Shown here: in pieces, positions 28,613 through 36,118 of the stretch
Position numbering within the stretch: the stretch's first letter is position 1
How the letters are laid out: each line of letters begins with the position of its first letter
Assembly: GCA_017434825.1 (NCBI GenBank)
Contig: JAFSGC010000020.1
Span: 42,096-106,095 of the forward strand
DNA: 64,000 bases
Direction of reading: 5' to 3'
Source: Bacilli bacterium
Lineage (GTDB): Bacteria > Bacillota_I > Bacilli_A > RF39 > UBA660
Made by a program: the position numbers and the translations under genes
Notes under the pieces: model-generated
What the model was told of the DNA's origin: nothing
Database searches by the model: none
What the model saw: the letters and a program-made list of their open reading frames with translations, nothing else

Positions 28613-28723
28613 AAAAAAGACAAGTCTACATCTCCTGCAGACAAGTCTCGTTATTTAAAATAATCCCAGATTTTATCGGTATGTTGGTCTTATTACATTA
28701 GTATGCTAACTACTCCCTCGTCT
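28613..28723 (-). ncRNA. candidate yybP-ykoY (Mn2+) riboswitch-like leader with terminator
   Basis: Minus strand: AGACGA-GGGAGTAG ... CGAGAC-TTGTCT. This resembles the P1 5' strand + GGGGAGUAG loop and the AAGAC + P1 3' strand of the class. AGACTTGTCT occurs twice 11 nt apart and can form a 4+4-bp hairpin before TTTTTT, then AGGAGG and the ATG. Confidence 0.4.
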
Positions 28724-28796
28724 ATGATAATTGTAGCATAAATTTACAGTCTTAACAACGAGGCAAATTGTCATTTCATTTTACTTTCACACATTT

Positions 28797-29690
28797 TTAA
28801 TGATGGTGATGATGTTTAACAACGTTAATATCTATATGGCATTCTTCATCACTACAGAACTCATTTTCGCCTTCTAATTCAATAGTTACATGAGATATCC
28901 CACAATCATTTAGCTTATGACGAATCTCACTTTTTAAATTAGAATTTTTATTTTTAGATACGACATGCATTGTAGCATAATTATTTATTCCATCAATACT
29001 CCAAATATGAATATGATGAATTTCTATAACATCTTCGATTTCCATAACGTGATTTTTTATATCTTCAACAGAAATATTCTCAGGCGCTTTCTCTAAAAAC
29101 AAATCTAAAATATGTTTAAAATGTTTGATGACATTGAACAAAATATAAACGCTAACACCCATGGATAGTAGTGGATCCAAAATACTAATATTAGTAAAAC
29201 GCATTAATATAGCACCAAATAAAACGACTAACCATCCAAGCACATCCTCAAGCATATGTAAGTTAACGGCTTTTTGATTAATTGAATCACCATCTCGAGT
29301 AGAATATGCAGCTAAAAAGTTTACTAACACACCAAACAAAGCAAAGATAATCATCCCATTATAATTAACCTTGGCAGGATTTATGATTCGATTAATTGAG
29401 CTACCAATTACTAGCGTTGACCCTACTAATAAAATTGAACTACTTATTAAAGCTGCTAATACAGAATACCTACTATAACCATAAGTATAAGTATCATCTG
29501 GTTTCTTTTTACTTTTCTTTTCTAATAAAAACGCTATACCAATACTTAAGGAATCACCAACATCATGAACAGCATCAGAAATAATTGCAACACTATTAGT
29601 CAAAACACCACCAACAAATTCAAAAATTGAAAAAGAAATATTTAATAAAAACGCCACTAATATATTTTTATCAGACTTCATACACATCAC
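28797..29690 (-). CDS. cation diffusion facilitator (CzcD/ZitB/MntE-like) efflux transporter
   Basis: Six TM helices, HDVGDS metal site in TM2, HMLEDVLGW in TM5, cytoplasmic C-domain, natural His-rich tail (KHHHHH). Confidence 0.85.
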   Translation of the reverse strand: MMCMKSDKNILVAFLLNISFSIFEFVGGVLTNSVAIISDAVHDVGDSLSIGIAFLLEKKSKKKPDDTYTYGYSRYSVLAALISSSILLVGSTLVIGSSINRIINPAKVNYNGMIIFALFGVLVNFLAAYSTRDGDSINQKAVNLHMLEDVLGWLVVLFGAILMRFTNISILDPLLSMGVSVYILFNVIKHFKHILDLFLEKAPENISVEDIKNHVMEIEDVIEIHHIHIWSIDGINNYATMHVVSKNKNSNLKSEIRHKLNDCGISHVTIELEGENEFCSDEECHIDINVVKHHHHH

Positions 29691-30042
29691 CTACCACATT
29701 TTCATTTTAAATAACTTACTTATAATTATATATACAATTATATAAGAAAATAGTCCTACTAAAACTCCTACAAACAAATTTACTTTATTAGTTAAATAAT
29801 CTGCTAATTCATACGATAATATTAGAAATATAATATCTAATATATGATATATCACTTTTTTTATTTATACATCCTCATATTTATTTTATCATATAAAAAC
29901 GAACCAAAGACATAAAAATCTAAAGTTCGATTTCAATTTTCTTCTGGTGCTGTAGCTTAACCTTATATGAACTATTCCTCGTTGACAAAAGCATCATACC
30001 ACAAACAATTTTAAACATCTATACAAAAATAACTATATATTT

Positions 30043-30117
30043 CATTTCTGGTTAATTTCTGAATAATTTCCAGTTGACTACCTGACTCACTACCTGATTG
30101 ATTTCCGATTAATTTCT
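30043..30117. repeat. two copies of an 18-nt motif (catttctggttaatttct 30043-30060; gatttccgattaatttct 30100-30117)
   Basis: The same 18-mer recurs at 31644-31661 and 31688-31705, on the other side of the SDR/SET gene pair. Confidence 0.7.
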
Positions 30118-30253
30118 TAATTAAAATAACATTTTCCTAGGTTTTATAAGGCTTTTCGTTTTTTCAAAATGTATTCCTGTGATTTGTTATTTCTAAAATA
30201 TTTTATGCTGGTATTTTTTAGAAAAATCACTCACATCACTTACTATCTAATCA

Positions 30254-30281
30254 ACTTCCGATTTTTTTCCGTTTCATTTCC
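30254..30281. repeat. 28-nt segment acttccga-N7-ccgtttcatttcc, repeated at 31667-31694
   Basis: 24 of 28 positions are identical between the copies, read directly from the sequence. Confidence 0.7.
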
Positions 30282-30308
30282 ATTAGTACTTTTTATCACT
30301 GCATCAAC

Positions 30309-30333
30309 AAAAAAAGAAGATTATTTATCTTCT
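30309..30333 (-). terminator. rho-independent terminator at the end of the SDR gene
   Basis: Stem agaagat/atcttct (30315-30321, 30327-30333) with a T-run on the minus strand. Overlaps the stop codon. Confidence 0.6.
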
Positions 30334-31084
30334 AATATCCACCGTCTATCGTTAATATTTCTCCATTAATATAACTTGATGAATCACTCGCTAAAAAGTA
30401 TATTGTTTTAGCAATCTCACTAGGTTCTGCAAATCTTTCTAAATATATTTTAGCAGTTTCTTCGTCTATATAATCTTTAGGTAAATCTTTATTCATATCT
30501 GTATCTGCCCATCCAATAGCAATAGCATTAACTCTTATATTAGGTTTAAATTGAAATGCTAAATCCCTTGAAAGACTTTGTAACCCTATTTTAGAAATAT
30601 TATAATCCAAACATTCTGGTGATATAGTTTTTGTTCCATTTGTTGAAGAAACATTTATAATAGCACTACCTTTTTTCATATATTTAGATGCTTCTCTAGA
30701 AGCTATAAATGCACCTATCACATTAACTTTTAACGTTTTTTCAAATTCTTCAACTGTAATATCTTCAAAACTTCTATCAAAAACTATTCCCGCATTATTC
30801 ACTAATACATCGATCTTTCCAAATTCTTCAATAGTTCTTGCAACTAATTTTTTCACTTGTTCTTCATTAGAAACATCACATTTTACTGTTAATGCCCTAA
30901 TCCCATAATTACTTTCAACATATTCTTTTAATTCATTTGCTTCTTTTTCACTTTCTATATAATCAATAACAACATTATAGCCTTTAGAAGCAAATTCAAT
31001 AATTGTTGCTTTACCAATTCCTCTTGAACTACCTGTTACTAATACAACTTTATTTTCCATTTTCTTTCTTCCTTTCTTCATCAA
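30332..31084 (-). CDS. SDR-family oxidoreductase (FabG-like)
   Basis: VVLVTGSSRGIGKA cofactor motif, NNAG, catalytic YNISK. The start is probably MENKVV (31060). Confidence 0.85.
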   Translation of the reverse strand: MMKKGRKKMENKVVLVTGSSRGIGKATIIEFASKGYNVVIDYIESEKEANELKEYVESNYGIRALTVKCDVSNEEQVKKLVARTIEEFGKIDVLVNNAGIVFDRSFEDITVEEFEKTLKVNVIGAFIASREASKYMKKGSAIINVSSTNGTKTISPECLDYNISKIGLQSLSRDLAFQFKPNIRVNAIAIGWADTDMNKDLPKDYIDEETAKIYLERFAEPSEIAKTIYFLASDSSSYINGEILTIDGGY

Positions 31085-31583
31085 TTTTATCTTTTATATA
31101 TTGCGCAAAATAATCATAATATTTTTCTTGTAATTCTTTTATCTTCCAATCACGTCCTGTTATAGTCCCTCTACAATTGATTGAGCCACAAGTACATTTA
31201 AATGAGTATTCTTCATTATCTATAAATGCATAATCAACAGTTAATTCCTCATCCTTTTCTATATCTCTCATTGCCACAAAAGTAATTTCGCCATGCAACC
31301 CCACATTTGGATTACAAGAATGATTTTGATATAACTTTATACCTTCTTCTTCCTCTTGATTTGAAGCTGCTAAAAAATATTCGTCACTTATTGGAAAGTA
31401 ACTATTTATAACACTGGATGAATATATTTTATCTCTTGTTAAAATATGTCCACCTTTTATAAATACTATCTCACCTGCTTTTATATTTTCTTTTGCATAA
31501 ATTCCCTTACCATTCAAAGATGTATCTCGTATTTCAACTTTATCTGACATTACTGATCTAATCATAAAATCATTACCTCTCAA
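31050..31583 (-). CDS. SET-domain protein (putative lysine methyltransferase)
   Basis: NHSCNPN and ELTVDY SET signatures plus a post-SET Cys cluster CTCGSINC. 177 aa. Confidence 0.8.
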   Translation of the reverse strand: MRGNDFMIRSVMSDKVEIRDTSLNGKGIYAKENIKAGEIVFIKGGHILTRDKIYSSSVINSYFPISDEYFLAASNQEEEEGIKLYQNHSCNPNVGLHGEITFVAMRDIEKDEELTVDYAFIDNEEYSFKCTCGSINCRGTITGRDWKIKELQEKYYDYFAQYIKDKIDEERKKENGK

Positions 31584-31643
31584 AATAAGTTAAACCTATA
31601 ATAATTATATCACAATTTTTATATTATTGATTCGTTACTGTTT

Positions 31644-31716
31644 GATTTCTGATTATTTTCTGTTTTACTTCCGAATAAATTCCGTTTCATTTCCGATTAA
31701 TTTCTACTTTTTTTCC
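31644..31716. repeat. second cluster of the 18-nt motif (gatttctgattattttct 31644-31661; catttccgattaatttct 31688-31705) and the 28-nt segment (31667-31694)
   Basis: Direct-orientation counterparts of the 30043-30281 repeats. Lies between the SET gene start and tRNA-Thr. Confidence 0.7.
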
Positions 31717-31860
31717 AATTCTTATATATTAGACATTTCCATTTTATAAATATTACTCACTCATTTCACTACAAAATTTAAAACAAACAAAAAATCACTC
31801 TTTTAAAACAGTGATTTTCCTTTATAAAACTTGAATTTATCAGTTCAAGTGAAACTCTTA

Positions 31861-31934
31861 TGGTGCCGAATACAAGAATTGAACTTGTAGCTGATGCTTA
31901 CCATGCATCTGTTTTGCCATTAAACTAATTCGGC
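31861..31934 (-). tRNA. tRNA-Thr (anticodon GGT)
   Basis: 74-nt cloverleaf: acceptor GCCGAAT/ATTCGGC, anticodon stem GATGC/GCATC with loop ATGGTAA, T-arm ACAAG-TTCAATT-CTTGT, encoded CCA. Confidence 0.9.
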
Positions 31935-32161
31935 TTCTTATAATTATTATATCGTATATTGTATTTAAATTAAATTATTTTATTAATATAATGTATATTA
32001 TTTGTAATCCCCACCATAATATTAATGTAATAACGAAAATGTTATTACATTAATATAGATAGAGCCACCTTAAAGTGGCTCTTTTTATGTAAATTTTCAA
32101 CTTTAAATAGCTTATATAATTAAAGAATGCTATAATTAACTTATGATAAGGAGTTGATAAT

Positions 32162-32659
32162 ATGCGTGATGCAATCGGAAGTACATGGGTATTTGCTTTA
32201 GTTATAGTATTCACTTTAATATTTTCTGGATTTCTTGTTTTAGCTTTATCATATTCAAGAGCATATAAAGTTAAAAATGAAATGACATCAATTATTGAAC
32301 GATATGAAGGCATTACAACAAATGACAATTTGAACGGTCTAGGTTCAATCGGAATTATTAATCAGTATCTTCAAAACTCTAAATATAAAGCTCAAGGAAA
32401 ATGTGAGTATGGGGATTATGCCACGAACGATTTAGATCCTACTAAAATAGAACTAGTCACTCAAAGCAACGCCCACAAAAACTTTTATTACTGCATAAAA
32501 GTAAATCATAACGCCAAACAATGTAGCACAAGATTTACCATAACTGTTTTCTACAACTTTAACCTACCAATATTAGGTCAACTAGGTAAATACCAAATAA
32601 GTGGACAAACGAACGAAGTTCATGACGCCTATATTTTAGGAACACCAATCTCATGTTAA
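32162..32659 (+). CDS. hypothetical secreted/membrane-anchored protein (TadE-like N-terminus, or a distant relative of P1-P5)
   Basis: 165 aa with good RBS (AAGGAG). N-terminal TM then ALSYSRAY. VFYNFNLP motif; the final residue is Cys (PISC). Confidence 0.5.
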   Translation: MRDAIGSTWVFALVIVFTLIFSGFLVLALSYSRAYKVKNEMTSIIERYEGITTNDNLNGLGSIGIINQYLQNSKYKAQGKCEYGDYATNDLDPTKIELVTQSNAHKNFYYCIKVNHNAKQCSTRFTITVFYNFNLPILGQLGKYQISGQTNEVHDAYILGTPISC

Positions 32660-32698
32660 ATGAGATTTTTATTTTGAAAAAAATATATATCAAGGCAC

Positions 32699-32720
32699 AA
32701 AAAAACCTCATTACTGAGGT
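32699..32720 (-). terminator. terminator of the minus-strand tRNA operon (bidirectional-looking)
   Basis: Stem acctca/tgaggt (32705-32710, 32715-32720) with a T-run on the minus strand. Confidence 0.6.
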
Positions 32721-32733
32721 GTTATTTGCTTTC

Positions 32734-32809
<76 letters not shown>

Positions 32810-32813
32810 ATAA

Positions 32814-32890
32814 TGGCGGTCCGTACGGGATTTGAACCCGTGATCTCTTGCGTGACAGGCAAGCGTGATAGGCCACTACACTAACGGACC
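32814..32890 (-). tRNA. tRNA-Asp (anticodon GTC)
   Basis: GGTCCGTTAGTGTAGTGG...CTTGC-CTGTCAC-GCAAG...GGTTCAAATCC...GGACCGCCA; 77 nt. Confidence 0.95.
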
Positions 32891-32892
32891 AT

Positions 32893-32970
<78 letters not shown>

Positions 32971-32982
32971 ATAACTTTTAAA

Positions 32983-33075
32983 TGGCGGGGGAAAAGGGAT
33001 TCGAACCCCTGCGCCGGTTACCCGACCTCCTGGTTTTCAAGACCAGTCCCTTCAACCAGACTTGGGTATTCCCCC
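32983..33075 (-). tRNA. tRNA-Ser (anticodon TGA)
   Basis: 93-nt class II tRNA with a long variable arm. Anticodon arm CTGGT-CTTGAAA-ACCAG, T-loop GGTTCGAATCC. Confidence 0.9.
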
Positions 33076-33094
33076 ATTTGTTTGGAACAATATG

Positions 33095-33124
33095 ATTATA
33101 GCATAGTCTAAAATGTATTGTCAA
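33095..33124 (-). promoter_or_regulatory. sigma-A-type promoter of the tRNA Ser-Met-Asp-Phe operon
   Basis: Minus strand: TTGACA (33119-33124), 18-nt spacer, TATAAT (33095-33100), about 20 nt upstream of tRNA-Ser. Confidence 0.65.
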
Positions 33125-33147
33125 TCAAAATATTAATAAAAAAATGC

Positions 33148-33176
33148 TTGCAATTACAATATAAACAAGTTATAAT
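33148..33176 (+). promoter_or_regulatory. sigma-A-type promoter of tRNA-Leu
   Basis: TTGCAA (33148-33153), 17-nt spacer, TATAAT (33171-33176). Divergent from the tRNA operon promoter. Confidence 0.65.
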
Positions 33177-33207
33177 TAAATAGTCTTAATTAATTAAGAC
33201 AGTGCCT

Positions 33208-33296
33208 GCCCGAGTGGCGGAATAGGTAGACGCACAGGACTTAAAATCCTGCGGGCATTAAAACCCGTGCCGGTTCAAGTCCGGCCTCGGGCACCA
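33208..33296 (+). tRNA. tRNA-Leu (anticodon TAA)
   Basis: GCCCGAGTGGCGGAATAGGTAGACGC...GGACTTAAAATCC..., long variable arm, GGTTCAAGTCC, CTCGGGCACCA; 89 nt. Confidence 0.95.
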
Positions 33297-33309
33297 TTTT
33301 TAAAAATTA

Positions 33310-33333
33310 GAACTACGTTGTAGTTCTTTTTTT
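33310..33333 (+). terminator. terminator after tRNA-Leu
   Basis: Stem gaactac/gtagttc followed by TTTTTTT. Confidence 0.6.
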
Positions 33334-33353
33334 GTGCCAATAAAAAAACAACT

Positions 33354-33713
33354 CTATTTAGAATTGTTTTTTTCAATTTCGGAAATCTTATCACTTATCC
33401 ACTTATTTAAATGATTTTTAAGTGGCAGAAAACCAAGCCTGGATTCCTTTACTTTACTTTTGTTATTAGATTTGTAATTAATATTTTTTATTGATAACTT
33501 TAATTGTCCATCCTCTTCATTAACTTCAAGAATTTGACAATATACTAATTCACCGATTTCTAAGAAATCATGAATATCGCTTACGAAATCATTTGATACT
33601 TCTGAAATATGAATTAATCCTGAGTATGTTGAATCAATACTCACAAATGCTCCATACTTCTCTATTCCTGTGACTTGGCCTTTGACGATACTTCCCGCCT
33701 TATATTCAGCCAT
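33354..33713 (-). CDS. S1 RNA-binding domain protein (general stress protein 13/YugI-like)
   Basis: GSIVKGQVTGIEKYGAFVSIDSTYSGLIHISEVS is a canonical S1 OB fold; 119 aa. Confidence 0.8.
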   Translation of the reverse strand: MAEYKAGSIVKGQVTGIEKYGAFVSIDSTYSGLIHISEVSNDFVSDIHDFLEIGELVYCQILEVNEEDGQLKLSIKNINYKSNNKSKVKESRLGFLPLKNHLNKWISDKISEIEKNNSK

Positions 33714-33771
33714 AATTTGTCTCCTGCCAATAATTATACCAAAAGATATTTAAAAATGATATAATAAATTT

Positions 33772-34005
33772 GTGATTGACATGGAAGATAAAATTATAGA
33801 ATTAGTAGAAAAAATTAGACCATATTTAAATATGGATGGCGGAGATATTGAATATATAAAATATGAAGATGGATACGTATACATCAAACTTATTGGAGCT
33901 TGCAGTGACTGTATGTTTCAAGATAGCACAATTAATGATGGGATTTTAACATTCTTTAAAAATGAAATTCCAGAAATTAAAGGTGTAATAAACGTTAGTA
34001 TATAA
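33772..34005 (+). CDS. NifU C-terminal-domain (Nfu/YutI-like) Fe-S protein
   Basis: IRPYLNMDGGDIEYI...GACSDCMF (CxxC) is the Nfu-type motif. The start is probably the ATG at 33781. Confidence 0.75.
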   Translation: MIDMEDKIIELVEKIRPYLNMDGGDIEYIKYEDGYVYIKLIGACSDCMFQDSTINDGILTFFKNEIPEIKGVINVSI

Positions 34006-34912
34006 GCCAATTTATTTTTTCTAATTTAGCATATAGTGAAATTTCATTATATGCTTTTCTTATGAAATTTTCATAGTTATCTACCTTACTAATAATTTTA
34101 ATTAAGCATTCTGAATCTTGTTTCTTATTTACTATTTTTTCATAACAATCAAAATAGTAAGATGGATATAAAAGTCTAGCAAATAACATATTATAAGAAT
34201 ATTGAGTTAACGATACACTTTTTAAATAAGTTTGTAGTTCTAAAAAAGCATCAGTCTCATTATAAAAATATAATGATTTTATATACTCTGCTACATCTCG
34301 AACTTCTAAATCAAAGATAAAAGTTAAAGGATTTGCATAATTTAAATTAGTATTAGGATAATATATTCTTCGATGGGATAAGACAACATTATCATTTTCA
34401 CTTATGTTATAAAGTTGTGATATTTTAGTTACATAATAAATGGCATTTTCAGTAAGACCTATATAATAATCAATCGATTTTCTAACTACTCTATCAACTT
34501 CCACTTCATTTAATTGACTTTCAATATAATCAATCTTTTTGCTCCACAGATTCGCCCAATCATTACGATATAACTTTGTCTTTATAGAAGACAATTTTGT
34601 TTTTTTGTTTTGTTCTATTATTTCAACGATAGATAGCTCTCTATCTTTATTAGCTACTTTTAAAAGAATATAATTTACATCCTCTATTTTAGTTATAACC
34701 TCTTGCTTGTTATTTAAAATAATATCATGACAAATAACATTCTTTTCTTTAAGTTGTCTACTACACTCAACTATTTCCTTTAGATCATCTATTGTACGAT
34801 TGCAAAAAACAAAATAATAATCAGAATCATCCAAAATAAAATGATAAGCATCTCCTTCAATAAAAAGCTTATCAAGTTTTAATGAATAATAATATTCTAT
34901 AGTTTGTTTCAT
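33995..34912 (-). CDS. CotS/YutH-like spore-coat kinase-fold protein
   Basis: 305 aa. Sits beside the NifU-like gene and near the YutD- and YunB-like genes, mirroring the B. subtilis yutI-yutH...yutD...yunB neighbourhood. Direct sequence similarity is only loosely recognised. Confidence 0.4.
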   Translation of the reverse strand: MKQTIEYYYSLKLDKLFIEGDAYHFILDDSDYYFVFCNRTIDDLKEIVECSRQLKEKNVICHDIILNNKQEVITKIEDVNYILLKVANKDRELSIVEIIEQNKKTKLSSIKTKLYRNDWANLWSKKIDYIESQLNEVEVDRVVRKSIDYYIGLTENAIYYVTKISQLYNISENDNVVLSHRRIYYPNTNLNYANPLTFIFDLEVRDVAEYIKSLYFYNETDAFLELQTYLKSVSLTQYSYNMLFARLLYPSYYFDCYEKIVNKKQDSECLIKIISKVDNYENFIRKAYNEISLYAKLEKINWLIY

Positions 34913-34952
34913 ATTAAATTATATAAAAAAACTTAGGTATTATACCTAAGTT

Positions 34953-35795
34953 TTATTTGTTTTCAAATTTTTTAATTAATGCATCAAACATCATTTCACA
35001 TGATTTCATGAAATTGTCTTTAATAACAGCAATATCATCACTAGCAGTTGGAGTTGCAACTTCCGGTGCTGCAGGTGTAGCTACTGGAGCTGGGGCTTCA
35101 ACAACTGGAGCCGCCTCAATTGTAGGCGCTGCGATTACTGGAGCTATTGGATCAGCTACCGGAGCAACTGGTGCTACTGGTGCAGCTGGAGCTTGATTAA
35201 TTATTGGGGCATTTATAACAGGTGCACTTGGAACCTCTGGGGCAGCTACCGGCGCAACTTCAGACACAACTGGAGCAGCAGGTGCAGGAGCAACCACTGG
35301 AGCTGGAGCTATAACTGAAGATTCTCCAATTGGACTAGGTTCTGGTACAGCAGGCGCTACTGATGCAGCAGGTGCTTCAGGAACAGCTGGTGCTGCTGGT
35401 GTCGCAGGGGCCTCAGGTACTGCTGGAGCAGCTACTGGTGCTGGTGCATAAACACTTTTTAATAAATCAAACGAAGCAACTGGTAAAGTTAATTGAGTGA
35501 AAAAATCATCTTGTGCAGTAATTGTATCAGGTACACTAACATATGGTAATGCAGTTCCCGCAATAATAGTTTTTAGATTTTCTTTAACAGAAGCCCATTC
35601 ACTTTGATCAAAAATCTTTTCTGCTGCCGTTCCATTAAATTTACTAATGCAAATAATAGGAAGTCCCATTGATCCATTTGTTTCATTATCTAAAACAAGA
35701 TAACTTCCATTTGTACCTTTAAAACAAGTTACTAAAGGTTTTTCTACTACACTCCCGCTAGCTAAATTAATTTTTATTTTACTCACTTTACTCAA
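34953..35795 (-). CDS. hypothetical protein with a long Pro/Ala/Val-rich low-complexity linker
   Basis: 280 aa: globular N-terminus, about 130 aa of APAVPEAPA-type repeats (about 35060-35450, visibly GC-richer than the surroundings), short helical C-terminus. Confidence 0.6.
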   Translation of the reverse strand: MSKVSKIKINLASGSVVEKPLVTCFKGTNGSYLVLDNETNGSMGLPIICISKFNGTAAEKIFDQSEWASVKENLKTIIAGTALPYVSVPDTITAQDDFFTQLTLPVASFDLLKSVYAPAPVAAPAVPEAPATPAAPAVPEAPAASVAPAVPEPSPIGESSVIAPAPVVAPAPAAPVVSEVAPVAAPEVPSAPVINAPIINQAPAAPVAPVAPVADPIAPVIAAPTIEAAPVVEAPAPVATPAAPEVATPTASDDIAVIKDNFMKSCEMMFDALIKKFENK

Positions 35796-35828
35796 TCCCT
35801 TCTAATATAAAACATTATAGCAAATAGA

Positions 35829-36110
35829 CTATTTTTTTTCAATCTTTTTAAGAATGAAATATCTACATCCATAAGCACAATTATCTTTTAAATATTTATC
35901 AATATTTCGATAATCATTTATTAGTTTATACCCTTTATTCTTTTTATCATTAAAACCTTTTAAACGAACTTTACCATATGCCCAATCCCCGAAAATATAA
36001 TCAAAAGAATCAAAGTAATCAGTAATTTTTTCTTTTAATAATTCTTCATCAATCGCATCTTTTTCGTTTTTTACAACTTCGTATGTAATATCATTAATGA
36101 CAATTTTCAT
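35829..36110 (-). CDS. yutD: YutD/DUF1027 family protein
   Basis: 93 aa. FDYIFGDWAYGKVRLKGF matches the YutD hallmark (YDYIVGDWGY..LRL.GF). Confidence 0.7.
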   Translation of the reverse strand: MKIVINDITYEVVKNEKDAIDEELLKEKITDYFDSFDYIFGDWAYGKVRLKGFNDKKNKGYKLINDYRNIDKYLKDNCAYGCRYFILKKIEKK

Positions 36111-36118
36111 ATATCCCC

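Noticed and set aside
28797-28817. C-terminal HHHHH on the CDF transporter looks like an engineered His-tag.
   Set aside because: His-rich termini and loops are natural metal-binding features of CDF and ZIP transporters. The ZIP protein at 8853-9575 also has HHEHHH. The surrounding sequence is a native chromosomal context.
30043-31716. The repeated 18-mers as a CRISPR array.
   Set aside because: There are only four or five imperfect copies with irregular spacing, split by two protein-coding genes. No cas genes are present.
32050-32328. 92-aa minus-strand ORF.
   Set aside because: It overlaps the better-supported plus-strand gene 32162-32659 and the hairpin region. It has no RBS and its composition is not protein-like.
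34957-35196. 79-aa plus-strand Gly/Ala/Thr-rich ORF.
   Set aside because: It is the mirror image of the Pro/Ala-rich tract on the minus strand, and low-complexity GC-rich DNA has open frames in both orientations.
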